DNA of 64,000 bases, taken from an uncultured bacterium (GTDB lineage Bacteria; Bacillota_I; Bacilli_A; RF39; UBA660). The stretch covers positions 7,110 to 71,109 of the forward strand of contig CASDZZ010000001.1 of the NCBI GenBank assembly GCA_949285875.1. Reading direction: 5' to 3'. This document shows positions 16,832 to 26,305 of the stretch, piece by piece (within the stretch, counting starts at the first letter, position 1; each line of letters begins with the position of its first letter). The translations under genes and the position numbers were made by a program. The notes beneath the pieces are model-generated. The model saw only the letters and a program-made list of their open reading frames with translations. It ran no database searches and was not told where the DNA came from.

Positions 16832-17713
16832 ATGAAAACTTTTGAAGGTGCTATAACAGCCTTAATAACCCCATTTAAAGAAAATTGTGAAATAGACTAT
16901 GAATCATTAAATAATTTATTAAAATATGAAATAGAAAACAACATTGATGGAATCGTAGTATGCGGAACAACTGGAGAAGCATCAACTTTAACTGACGAAG
17001 AACATCTTGATGTTATAAAGTATTGTGTAGAAAAGGTAAGTGGTAATATTCCTGTAATTGCCGGTACAGGTTCTAATAATACTTTACATGCTATCGAAAT
17101 GAGTAAAGAAGCACAAAAGTTAGGGGCAGATGGTATTTTAGCAGTTACACCTTATTACAATAAAACTAACCAAAGAGGTCTTATTAGTTATTACTCAGAT
17201 ATAGCTAAAAGTATAAATATACCTATTATTATGTATAATGTACCAAGTAGGACTGGTGTTAATATTCTTCCTGAAACAGCTCTAGCAATAGCTTCAAAAA
17301 ATGAAAATATAATAGGAATAAAAGAAGCTTCAGGAAATATTTCTCAAGTGTCAAAATTAATGACATTAAGTAGGGAAAAACAGATTCCTATTAAAATGTA
17401 CTCGGGAAATGATGATCAAATATTACCTTTATTATCGTTAGGTGGTAACGGCGTTATTTCGGTAGTTTCAAATATAAAACCGAATCTTGTTCATAATCTT
17501 TGCTCGAAGTATACAGATTTAAACGAAAAAATAAAACTTCAAGATGAAGTAACAAAAATAAGCGAGGTACTATTTAGTGATGTTAATCCAATACCTGTTA
17601 AAGAAGCATGTTACCAATTAGGTTTAATAGAAACTAATAAAGTAAGGAGTCCTTTAATAGAAATGGATAATGAAGGTAAAAAACGTTTGGTTAAAGTTAT
17701 AAAAAATATTTAA
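16832..17713 (+). CDS. dapA: 4-hydroxy-tetrahydrodipicolinate synthase
   Basis: GTTGE, YNVPSRTG, GIKEASG (Schiff-base Lys). RBS AAGGAGG. Confidence 0.9.
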   Translation: MKTFEGAITALITPFKENCEIDYESLNNLLKYEIENNIDGIVVCGTTGEASTLTDEEHLDVIKYCVEKVSGNIPVIAGTGSNNTLHAIEMSKEAQKLGADGILAVTPYYNKTNQRGLISYYSDIAKSINIPIIMYNVPSRTGVNILPETALAIASKNENIIGIKEASGNISQVSKLMTLSREKQIPIKMYSGNDDQILPLLSLGGNGVISVVSNIKPNLVHNLCSKYTDLNEKIKLQDEVTKISEVLFSDVNPIPVKEACYQLGLIETNKVRSPLIEMDNEGKKRLVKVIKNI

Positions 17714-17886
17714 TTTAAGAGATTTAATCATGAGATTTTGATCAAATCTTTTTTAATATATAAAAAAACTTTAAGCATAGATGGTTTAAGTACTATAAGA
17801 CTTAATTAATAAAAGAAAGATTTTGTTATATTTATTGATTATGTTATAAAAATGTGTATAATACTAGGTACTTGGGGGAAAAGAAA

Positions 17887-18960
17887 ATGAAATACGATTT
17901 AAAAACAGTAAATGATTATATTAATGGTAACGATTTAGAATATGATATTGAAGTATTAGAAAATGATAAAGATTTTATGCTAGAAGTTATTATGAATACT
18001 AGGGATAAAAATTTTTATAAGTTATGTTCAGAAGAAGTGAAAAATGATTACACGTTTGTAAAAAAACTAATAGATGAATTTAGACTAGATACCAAATTTA
18101 TAATGGTAGTAACTAATTTTTATTTAAAGTATAATCCTGATAGCCCGGAAAGGCTAGAATTACTTATAATTATGGATAAGTTAACAAGAAATTCTAAATT
18201 TAATGATAAATATAAAATGGAATTGAACTGTGAATTTATGCTTCAAAAACTTAGGTTGGAATCATTTTTGAGAAGTCCAAAACTTAGTAAAGAAACTAAA
18301 GAACAGTTAGGATTAGGGTTCGTTTACTTCCAAGAATTATACTATGATAGTAAATTATCTTTAGATTATTGCGCCAGAAGACAAATAAATGATGTATTTA
18401 TAGATTATAATATTAGTTTAGAAAGGTTATTACATGAAAAATTTAAATTTCCAGAAGAACTTGAGAAGATGGGAATTTATACATTTATGATAAGCTTTAT
18501 TGAGTGTTATGATTCATATCTTGCTTCTTATTTATCTGTAAATAAAGAAATTCTAGATGAATTAGTACTTGATATTACCGGTTACATGAAAAGATGGGAA
18601 GATTTTGAAAGCTTAAACGAAAGAATAAAATATGATAGAATGCTAGATATGGTTCATGAGTATATGGAAAAAAATAGTGACAATTGTAATTTGTTAGAAA
18701 GTGAATTATTGTATTATATCGGAAAGAAATTAGGAGTAAAAGATAAAATTTTTAAATATGACATTATTAGTAAAGATATTTTTGCCGATTTAATTAATAG
18801 GCTAGATGATACTTATTTTGATAGTGAGAATATGAGTTTTAGCGACTTAAGACATTATCAAAACGTTGAAAAAATTATGATTGATAATTTATTTTCTAAA
18901 AACTATGTTAATGTCATAGAAAGAAAAAAGAAAAAAAGTGGAAAGATTATAAAGTTATAA
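17887..18960 (+). CDS. Hypothetical protein (weak DUF4116-like repeat)
   Basis: RBS GGGGGAAAAG. LCSEEVKNDYTFVKKLI resembles the DUF4116 motif. No other motif recognised. Confidence 0.35.
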   Translation: MKYDLKTVNDYINGNDLEYDIEVLENDKDFMLEVIMNTRDKNFYKLCSEEVKNDYTFVKKLIDEFRLDTKFIMVVTNFYLKYNPDSPERLELLIIMDKLTRNSKFNDKYKMELNCEFMLQKLRLESFLRSPKLSKETKEQLGLGFVYFQELYYDSKLSLDYCARRQINDVFIDYNISLERLLHEKFKFPEELEKMGIYTFMISFIECYDSYLASYLSVNKEILDELVLDITGYMKRWEDFESLNERIKYDRMLDMVHEYMEKNSDNCNLLESELLYYIGKKLGVKDKIFKYDIISKDIFADLINRLDDTYFDSENMSFSDLRHYQNVEKIMIDNLFSKNYVNVIERKKKKSGKIIKL

Positions 18961-19039
18961 GTAAAGTGATATTTAAAAAAAAATATATAAAGATCTAACT
19001 TTAATGTTTTGTGTTAGAATTAATAATAGGTGATTAAAC

Positions 19040-19453
19040 TTGAAAAGAATGAATGTAATAGTAGTTTTTAATAATGATATGAGTAAAACTTTAATGTGTA
19101 AAAGGACTAAAGAACCATATAAAGGAATGTATAATTTGGTAGGAGGAAAAATAGAGGTACCTAATGATGGCTTAAACGAGGCCTATAGAGAGTTAAAAGA
19201 AGAGACTAATATTTGCAAACGTGATATAGAACTAACTCATTTTATGAATATAACTTATGTTAAATGGGATAAAGAATTAGAAGTATATTACGGTATATTA
19301 AATAAAGATGTAGAATTGATTGAAGAAGTTAATAAATTAGAATGGGTATCAATAAATGATGATTTTTTCGATATGACTAAATATGCAGGAGAAGGTAATA
19401 TTGGCCATATTATTGAAGAAATTAAAATAGACTTAAATAAAAATTTAAAGTAA
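19040..19453 (+). CDS. Nudix hydrolase
   Basis: Nudix box GGKIEVPNDGLNEAYRELKEETN. Confidence 0.8.
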   Translation: MKRMNVIVVFNNDMSKTLMCKRTKEPYKGMYNLVGGKIEVPNDGLNEAYRELKEETNICKRDIELTHFMNITYVKWDKELEVYYGILNKDVELIEEVNKLEWVSINDDFFDMTKYAGEGNIGHIIEEIKIDLNKNLK

Positions 19454-19684
19454 TTAAGACAATTATTAAATGCGAAGAAAGTTGACTTCAAGTATATAAA
19501 GATACTAATATTAATATAGGTTTAATTTATTCCTGGATTGATAAATGAAGTGATAATAGATTAAATTTTATAAAATTAAAAATGGGAAATTCATTATGAA
19601 GATATCTATTAACTATATAATAACAAATAGAATATGAAAATAATAATCATCTGCTTTTTTATACTTTATTTTAATAATAGTTTC

Positions 19685-19723
19685 TCCCCCCTGAAGAGCC
19701 CATTTTGGGCTCATTTTTGTTTG
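19685..19723 (+). repeat. Structured repeat copy 1: CCCCCTGAAGAG-hairpin-CTCATTTTTGTTT (terminator-like)
   Basis: Hairpin GAGCCCA/TGGGCTC. The flanks are shared with the copy at 23772..23806. Confidence 0.6.
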
Positions 19724-19825
19724 ATTAAGTTTATAATAATTTATTATAGGTTTTCTAAAGTTTAAAAAAGTTTAATTTAGTTCTAATTAGTTTAAATATT
19801 GTGGGTGGTTAAAAATATAAAAATT

Positions 19826-19871
19826 AACCTAATTATACCAAAAAGCGTTGACCAAATGGTATAATTAGGTT
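19826..19871 (+). promoter_or_regulatory. Perfect 14-bp inverted repeat (AACCTAATTATACC N18 GGTATAATTAGGTT) over the abiEi promoter; candidate operator
   Basis: The inverted repeat encloses TTGACC (19847..19852). TAAAAT lies 18 nt downstream. It sits directly upstream of abiEi. Confidence 0.55.
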
Positions 19872-19892
19872 AAAATTATATTGGTGATGAAA

Positions 19893-20435
19893 ATGTTATA
19901 TAATCATAGCGAAATAAAAAATAAATATAAAACAACTTATCAAATACGAAAAGCAATAAGTAATAAAGAAATATATAAAATAGAAAAAGGTATTTATTCA
20001 GATAATCCAGAAGTGCATTATTTAGCAATTTTAATGAAAAAGTATCCTTATGCAGTTATTACAGGAGAATCAGCATATTATTATTATAATTTTACTGATA
20101 TAATACCTTCTAAAATATATTTAGCTACACGTGATGTTAATACAAGAATACATGATAAAGACATTAAACAAATTCGTATGAGGGACAATCTTTATAAATT
20201 AGGCAGTACTCAAATTATATATGAGGGAGTAATTATAAATATTTTTGATAAAGAGCGTTTATTAATTGATTTAGCAAGAAATAAAAATAAAATTGGATAT
20301 GATTTATATAAAGAAATTATATTTAATTATAGAAAAATTGCTGATAAATTGGATGTAAGTAAAATAGAAGAATATTTACAATATTTTTCAAATAGTGATA
20401 AGATACTTGGAATATTACAAGATGAGGTGTTTTAA
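19893..20435 (+). CDS. abiEi: AbiEi-family antitoxin/transcriptional regulator (type IV TA)
   Basis: N-terminal ...IRKAISNKEIYKIEKGIYS resembles the AbiEi wHTH motif. Precedes and abuts the AbiEii gene. Confidence 0.65.
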   Translation: MLYNHSEIKNKYKTTYQIRKAISNKEIYKIEKGIYSDNPEVHYLAILMKKYPYAVITGESAYYYYNFTDIIPSKIYLATRDVNTRIHDKDIKQIRMRDNLYKLGSTQIIYEGVIINIFDKERLLIDLARNKNKIGYDLYKEIIFNYRKIADKLDVSKIEEYLQYFSNSDKILGILQDEVF

Positions 20436-21256
20436 TGAATTTAAGTAAATCAGTAGAACAATATATCCAGATTGGATATAAAAAAGATGATGCTATATCT
20501 AAGGTTGCGCAAGATATAATTCTTTTAAAAATATCAAAGAGTAATTTTTCAGAGTATATTACCATCAAAGATGGAGTTGTAATGCACTCTATATCTAGAG
20601 ATAATCGTAGAGCTACTAGAGATTTAGATATGGATTTTATTAAATACTCTTTAGAAGATAACTCTATTCATAATTTTATATTAAAATTAAATGCAGTAAA
20701 AGATGGTATTAGTATTGAAATAGTAGGTAAAATTGAAAAATTGCACCATCAGGACTATGATGGAAAGAGAGTTAATATAAGACTAATCGATTCTAATGAA
20801 TTTATAATAAATACCAAATTAGATATTGGAGTTCATAAATTATTTGATATAGAACAAGATAATTATTGTTTTGATTTAGGCATTTTTAAAGAAAATGTTA
20901 ATTTACTTATAAATTCAAGGGAACAAATTTTTGCTGAAAAATTAAAGTCATTACTAAAATTTGGAATAACATCAACAAGATATAAAGATGTATTCGATTT
21001 TTATTATTTAATTAATAATGAAAAATTAGATAAAAATAAATTGTTAAAATATATAGATATTCTTATTTTTGAAGATTCACTCGTGAAAGAAAATGATTTT
21101 GAAGGTATAATAACTAGAATTAATTTGATTTTTATAAATAGTAGATATAGATCTATGTTAAATCAAGCAAACAATAATTGGTTAAATTTACCTGTTGATA
21201 TTGTTATAAATAATATTTTAGAATTTCTATCATCTTTAGAAGTGGTGAGTGTCTGA
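20435..21256 (+). CDS. abiEii: AbiEii/AbiGii-family nucleotidyltransferase toxin (DUF1814)
   Basis: RATRDLDMDF nucleotidyltransferase motif. 273 aa. Start overlaps the abiEi stop. Confidence 0.7.
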   Translation: MNLSKSVEQYIQIGYKKDDAISKVAQDIILLKISKSNFSEYITIKDGVVMHSISRDNRRATRDLDMDFIKYSLEDNSIHNFILKLNAVKDGISIEIVGKIEKLHHQDYDGKRVNIRLIDSNEFIINTKLDIGVHKLFDIEQDNYCFDLGIFKENVNLLINSREQIFAEKLKSLLKFGITSTRYKDVFDFYYLINNEKLDKNKLLKYIDILIFEDSLVKENDFEGIITRINLIFINSRYRSMLNQANNNWLNLPVDIVINNILEFLSSLEVVSV

Positions 21257-21257
21257 T

Positions 21258-23624
21258 ATGAGTAAGGAGATAATCAATTTAATAAATGAAAAAGAAGAAC
21301 AAATAAAAAAGCTACAAGAAGAAATTGCAATTTTAAAAAAGAAACTAGAAATTCTTGATAAATCAGATAAATCAACAATCATATTTTCTAAAGAAGAAAA
21401 AGTGAATCTATTTATGAATTATTTTAGGGGGAGAGATGATACATACCCATATTTATCTATTGATAAAAATAATCCAAGCAAGAAATATTATATTCCAGCT
21501 TGCATTAATGAATGGAAACAAGGAATTTGCAATAAGCTTATGAAAAGGCCTTGCAAAACTTGTCAATATAGAGAAAATAAACCATTAACATATGAGGTTT
21601 ATCAAAAACATTTAGAAGGACAAATAATAGGTATTTATCCACTTTTAGATGATGAAACATGTTATTTTCTTGCTTTTGATTTTGATGATAAATTAGAAGA
21701 AAAAAATATAAAAGATGATGTACTTGCTTTTTGGAGTGTTTGTGAAGAGTATCATGTTCCAATATCAGTTGAGAAAAGCAGATCAGGTAAAGGATTTCAT
21801 ATTTGGTTATTCTTTACTGAAAGAGTAAAAGCAATTACAGCTAGAAAATTGGGTAGTCTTCTTTTATCTAAAACTATGGAAGTAAGGGATAATTTAAAAA
21901 TATCTTCTTTTGATAGAATGTTTCCTAGTCAAGACTTTTTACCAAAAGGAGGATATGGTAATTTAATTGTGTTACCATTTCAAAAAGAACCAGCTAGCTA
22001 TGGAAATACTTTATTTATTGATAAATATTTTATACCTTATAAAAACCAGTGGGAATATCTAAAGAATATTAGAAAAATATCTAATGAGGATGTATATGAT
22101 TTGATAAAAATATTATCCGATAATACAATAGATGTTAGTCATGAGGATTTAAATATTAAAGAAGAAATAAAAAGTAAAAAGAAAAATAATTTTAAATTTC
22201 CAAAATCTTTGGATGTTATATTAGATGATATGATTTATATTGACAAGAAAAATTTGTCAGCAGGAGCAAAAAATTGTTTTAGACGATTAGCATCTTTTGC
22301 AAATCCAGAATTTTATAAAAAACAAAGACTTCGTTTATCAACTTATAATGTCCCTATGGTAATAGATTGTAGTAGTGTAGATGATAGATATATTAAATTA
22401 CCACGAGGAACGTATGAGTATTTATTAGACATTTGTAACGAAAAAAAAGTAAAATTGAAAATAAAAGATAAAAGAAATCAAGGATACAAAATAAACATAA
22501 ATTTTAATGGTAGTTTACGTGATGAACAAGAAATGTGTTTAAATAGATTATTGAGTTATGATAATGGAATTTTACATGCACCAACTGGATTTGGAAAAAC
22601 AGTAGTGGCTTGTAATTTAATTGCAAAAAAGAAAGTTAACACATTAATTATTGTTCATAGTTTAAGTTTATTAAAACAATGGCAAGAAAGAATTAAAGAA
22701 TTTTTAGGTGTTGAAAATGTTGGTCAAATTGGAGGAGGAAAAAATACAATTACCAATGTAATAGATGTTGCTAGTATTAAAACTTTGTGGAATAAAGGCG
22801 AATTAAATGAAATAACCAAAAATTATGGAATGATTATAATTGATGAATGTCATCATTTAGCCGCTTTTACTTATGAACAAGCAGTAAACAGTATTAACTC
22901 TAAATATGTCTATGGTTTTACAGCAACACCTAATAGAGAAGATGGACATAGTCCAATTGTTAAAATGCAATGCGGTGATATTAGATATGAAGTTGATTTT
23001 AAAAAGTTTAATGAAAATCTTGGCATTCCTATGATAGTTAAAGTTAAAGAAACTTATTTGAAATTTGCTGATCCATTAATAAACGATTATACAATTAATG
23101 AAATAAATAACTTAATTACGAAAGATATGGATAGAAGTGAAATGATTTTTAACGATGTCAAAAATGAATATAAGAAAGGAAAAAATATTCTTATATTAAC
23201 TGAGAGAATAGAACATTTAGAGTATTTGAGTTCTAGAATGCAAAAAATTATAAATAATGTATTTGTATATAAGGGTGGATTAGGTAAAAAAATATTAAAA
23301 GAATATGATGAAAGTAATAGAATGATATTAAATCAGAACAAAAATAAAATTATTTTAGCAACAGGATCTTATATTGGTGAAGGATTTGATGATTCAAGTT
23401 TAGATGTTTTATTTTTAACCATGCCCATTTCAGGAATTACAAAAGTAACCCAATATACAGGAAGGCTACATAGAAAGAATGATAATAAAAAAGAAATCAT
23501 TATTTATGATTATGTTGATAAAAATTTTAAACAAACAAGAAATATGTTTGAAAAACGAAAAAAGACATATGTAAAATTGGGCTATAAAATAATAGATGAA
23601 AGATCTGTACAATTAACAATATAA
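21258..23624 (+). CDS. Fusion protein: archaeo-eukaryotic primase (AEP/PrimPol)-like N-domain + SF2 DEAD/DEAH-type helicase
   Basis: AEP motifs FLAFDFDD and SRSGKGFHIWLFF, with a Cys-rich CINEW..C..C..C segment. Helicase motifs APTGFGKT, IIIDECHH, TATPNR, QYTGRLHR. The ATG is 2 nt after the abiEii stop. Confidence 0.75.
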   Translation: MSKEIINLINEKEEQIKKLQEEIAILKKKLEILDKSDKSTIIFSKEEKVNLFMNYFRGRDDTYPYLSIDKNNPSKKYYIPACINEWKQGICNKLMKRPCKTCQYRENKPLTYEVYQKHLEGQIIGIYPLLDDETCYFLAFDFDDKLEEKNIKDDVLAFWSVCEEYHVPISVEKSRSGKGFHIWLFFTERVKAITARKLGSLLLSKTMEVRDNLKISSFDRMFPSQDFLPKGGYGNLIVLPFQKEPASYGNTLFIDKYFIPYKNQWEYLKNIRKISNEDVYDLIKILSDNTIDVSHEDLNIKEEIKSKKKNNFKFPKSLDVILDDMIYIDKKNLSAGAKNCFRRLASFANPEFYKKQRLRLSTYNVPMVIDCSSVDDRYIKLPRGTYEYLLDICNEKKVKLKIKDKRNQGYKININFNGSLRDEQEMCLNRLLSYDNGILHAPTGFGKTVVACNLIAKKKVNTLIIVHSLSLLKQWQERIKEFLGVENVGQIGGGKNTITNVIDVASIKTLWNKGELNEITKNYGMIIIDECHHLAAFTYEQAVNSINSKYVYGFTATPNREDGHSPIVKMQCGDIRYEVDFKKFNENLGIPMIVKVKETYLKFADPLINDYTINEINNLITKDMDRSEMIFNDVKNEYKKGKNILILTERIEHLEYLSSRMQKIINNVFVYKGGLGKKILKEYDESNRMILNQNKNKIILATGSYIGEGFDDSSLDVLFLTMPISGITKVTQYTGRLHRKNDNKKEIIIYDYVDKNFKQTRNMFEKRKKTYVKLGYKIIDERSVQLTI

Positions 23625-23771
23625 GAAGAATATCAACCACCCATTCAACCACCAAAATAGGAGATTTTTATTTTAAAGTTATAAACTTGTTTAAACTTTT
23701 GTAAACAAAAATCCTTTGAAAATAAAGGATTTGATAATATAAAATAGTTTAGAGTACGTGATATAAGTTTG

Positions 23772-23806
23772 CCCCCTGAAGAGAGCGAAAGCTCTCATTT
23801 TTGTTT
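23772..23806 (+). repeat. Structured repeat copy 2: CCCCCTGAAGAG-hairpin-CTCATTTTTGTTT
   Basis: Hairpin GAGAGC/GCTCTC. The stem covaries relative to copy 1 while the flanks are identical. Confidence 0.6.
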
Positions 23807-24035
23807 ATATTAAAGGGTTTGAAGCCTGTTAAGTAATTTTAGGTACACTTTTAGGTACACAAATTTAAAAAAATTAATATTTCCTTTGTCAAACATACTG
23901 ATGATTATCTTTTTATCAGTAAATTTGTCAAAGATATAAAAGTGAAAAAATTGTACTTTGAATTTTCTTTTTTTCTGTATATAATACGACAAATAGGAAC
24001 TTTTTTGTTATAATGTTATTAGTGGAGGTGCTAAG

Positions 24036-24884
24036 ATGTCTGAAAGAGAATTGGATTCAAGTATAAATGATTATATTGAAACAGAAACACCTAAAAACTA
24101 CGTAAAACAACTAGAGTGGGATATGGCTATAGGACTTCAAGAAGTTGATAACTTAAAACCATCTAAGTATTTAGAAAAATTGTTACAAGAAAATGTAACA
24201 GGTGAAAAAACAATTTATGAAGTAGAACATGAATTAAAACAATATTATGTAGAAAAAGATAAAACTGATAAAACAATTCAAGATGAATTTGAGTGTGATT
24301 TAGTATCTACTAGGATAGTTCAATTATTAGAAGAAGATAATTTTGAACTATCAGTAGACTATATAAAATATATCCATGAATATTTATTTAAAGATGTTTA
24401 TGAATTTGCAGGAGAATTTAGAAAAGTAGATTTTTCTAAATACGAAAGAATTTTAAATAATGATTCAGTTGCTTATGGCGATTGTAAATTATTAGAACAA
24501 TCATTAGATTATGATATATCATTAGAAAAAAATAAAAACTATAATGAGATGAATATAGTTGATGTAATTAATAATATAACTAACTTTTCTTCAAGTATAT
24601 GGCAAATACATCCATTTAGAGAAGGTAATACTAGAACTACAGCATTATTTATAGAAAAGTATTTAGTATCCCTTGGATATGATGTAGATAACACTATGTT
24701 CAAAGAAAAATCAGTATACTTTAGAAATGCATTAGTAAGAAGTAATTATTTCAATAATTATTTAAATATAAAAGAAGATAATAGTTTCTTGATTAAGTTT
24801 TATGAAAATTTATTATTAGGTAAAAACAATAATTTACATTCAAGAGATTTAATTGTAGAAGAATTATTTAATAAAGAGAATTAA
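24036..24884 (+). CDS. Fic/DOC family protein
   Basis: Fic motif variant HPFREGNTRTT (canonical HxFx[DE]GNGRxxR). RBS GGAGGTG. Confidence 0.85.
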   Translation: MSERELDSSINDYIETETPKNYVKQLEWDMAIGLQEVDNLKPSKYLEKLLQENVTGEKTIYEVEHELKQYYVEKDKTDKTIQDEFECDLVSTRIVQLLEEDNFELSVDYIKYIHEYLFKDVYEFAGEFRKVDFSKYERILNNDSVAYGDCKLLEQSLDYDISLEKNKNYNEMNIVDVINNITNFSSSIWQIHPFREGNTRTTALFIEKYLVSLGYDVDNTMFKEKSVYFRNALVRSNYFNNYLNIKEDNSFLIKFYENLLLGKNNNLHSRDLIVEELFNKEN

Positions 24885-24991
24885 AAAACTTTTCTAGATG
24901 TATAGACATTTTACTATATTTATCTATATTATTAGCACATAAGTAATTATGTTATGCATTTTTGCATATAATAATGCTACTTAGTAGCAAT

Positions 24992-25060
24992 AAAAAAGCT
25001 AGTGATTCCCACTATAAGAGGAACTAAAAAAAGAAGCGATTCCGGCCATAACAGTGAACT
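24992..25060 (+). repeat. Two tandem about 35-nt imperfect repeats; candidate type III antitoxin RNA (antiQ/ToxI-like)
   Basis: Units at 24992..25025 and 25026..25060 share AAAAAAG..AG.GATTCC....ATAA.AG.GAACT. A partial third unit runs into a terminator. Confidence 0.45.
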
Positions 25061-25068
25061 TGAAAAAG

Positions 25069-25096
25069 AAACTAGAGAATAAACTTTAGTTTTTTT
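25069..25096 (+). terminator. Intrinsic terminator between the repeats and the toxin remnant
   Basis: AAACTAGAG / CTTTAGTTT (one G-T pair) plus a T-run. Confidence 0.5.
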
Positions 25097-25132
25097 GTTT
25101 TTAAGTATATAATATTTTTCGAATGTGATATT

Positions 25133-25327
25133 ACGAAAAATTTAATTTTAGTTAGATTGGATTCAAAATATTGTGACTATTTAAGATAATTTGATAAAAG
25201 AGTTCCATATAATTATGATAGAAAAGAATTATATGATTATGCATATGAAGAAACAAAAAAGGTAAAGCTAAAGCAATACCTTTTAAATCTAATAAAAAAT
25301 AATATTCTAACTTGGCTTACTAGCTAG
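25133..25327 (+). pseudogene. Remnant of a ToxN/AbiQ-family type III toxin
   Basis: TKNLILVRLDSKYCDYLR*FDKRVPYNYD versus the remembered ToxN N-terminus MKFYTISSKYIEYLKEFDDKVPN. ACG in place of the start codon, in-frame TAA at 25187, and only about 64 codons remain. Confidence 0.45.
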
Positions 25328-25388
25328 TTTAGAATATTTTTTAATTTTAAATAGTATGGTATACTTAATTATAAAAGAAGGTGATATT

Positions 25389-26286
25389 GTGAGTAATGTT
25401 TCGTTTATAAATAATTGTTATACTATTGATGACTTAAGATTACCGTTAATACATTTTGAATCAAGAAAAAAAGATATTTGTGTTATTTTTATTCATGGGA
25501 TGTGTCAAACAATAATTAATAATTATTTTGCTATAGTTTTAGGAAATACATTATCTCAAAATAATATAGGTTTTTTATATGCACATAATAGAGGACACTC
25601 TATAGAAAACAATCTCTTAACGAAAGATGGGAACTATAAAAGATGCGGATGTATGTATGAAATCTTTGAAGATTGTATTTTTGATATTGATTTGGCTATT
25701 TATTTTTGATATTGATTTGGCTATTAATAAAGCAAAGGAATTGGGTTATAAAAGAATTATTTTGATGGGACATAGTTTTGGTTGTAATAAATTGATTTAC
25801 TATTATTATAAAAAGAAACCAGAAATTATAGGAGTTGTACTACTAAGTGCACCTGATATGGTGGGATTGCATTTAAGTTATGAAAAAGATTATTCTAAAT
25901 TATTAAAGGAAGCTAAAGAGAATATAGGTAGAGGAAATCCCACTAAATTACTTAGTAAATTAATTGAAAATTATATGTATATGAGTTCGCAAACTTATTA
26001 TAATTGGTATAAAAAAAATTCTAATTTAGATAATTTGCCTGTTATGGGGAATTCAGATAATTGGTGTCAGTTAGAATCAATTACAGTACCAGTACTGACT
26101 ATTTCAGGAAGCAAAGAAGAAGATAACTACCATAAGCTAGATTTGTTAAAAGAAAAAGCAAAAAACACATTATCTTTCGAATGTAAAATTATTGAAGGGG
26201 CTAATCATTTTTATGATAATAAAGAGAATGAATTAGCAAGTATTGTTTTAAATTGGATTATTCAAATTAATAATTATATTAAATAA
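25389..26286 (+). pseudogene. Alpha/beta hydrolase disrupted by a 25-bp tandem duplication
   Basis: Removing one copy joins ...EIFEDCIFDIDLAI to NKAKELGYKRIILMGHSFGCN (GxSxG). Confidence 0.7.
25676..25725 (+). repeat. Perfect 25-bp tandem duplication TATTTTTGATATTGATTTGGCTATT x2
   Basis: Read directly: 25676..25700 = 25701..25725. 25 is not a multiple of 3. Confidence 0.95.
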
Positions 26287-26305
26287 TATATTTAAGGAGC
26301 ATACT

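Noticed and set aside
19802-23643. Inverted 9-mers TGGGTGGTT (19802..19810) and AACCACCCA (23635..23643) flanking the abiE-helicase module.
   Set aside because: They are suggestive because the motif is GC-rich in AT-rich DNA and brackets the module. However, 9 bp with no extended identity could be chance, so they are not called terminal inverted repeats.
23810-23992. 60-aa minus-strand ORF upstream of fic.
   Set aside because: It has no RBS and a low-complexity translation. The region is better explained as the fic promoter/operator: tandem TTTTAGGTACAC x2 at 23838..23861 and repeated TTTGTCAAA.
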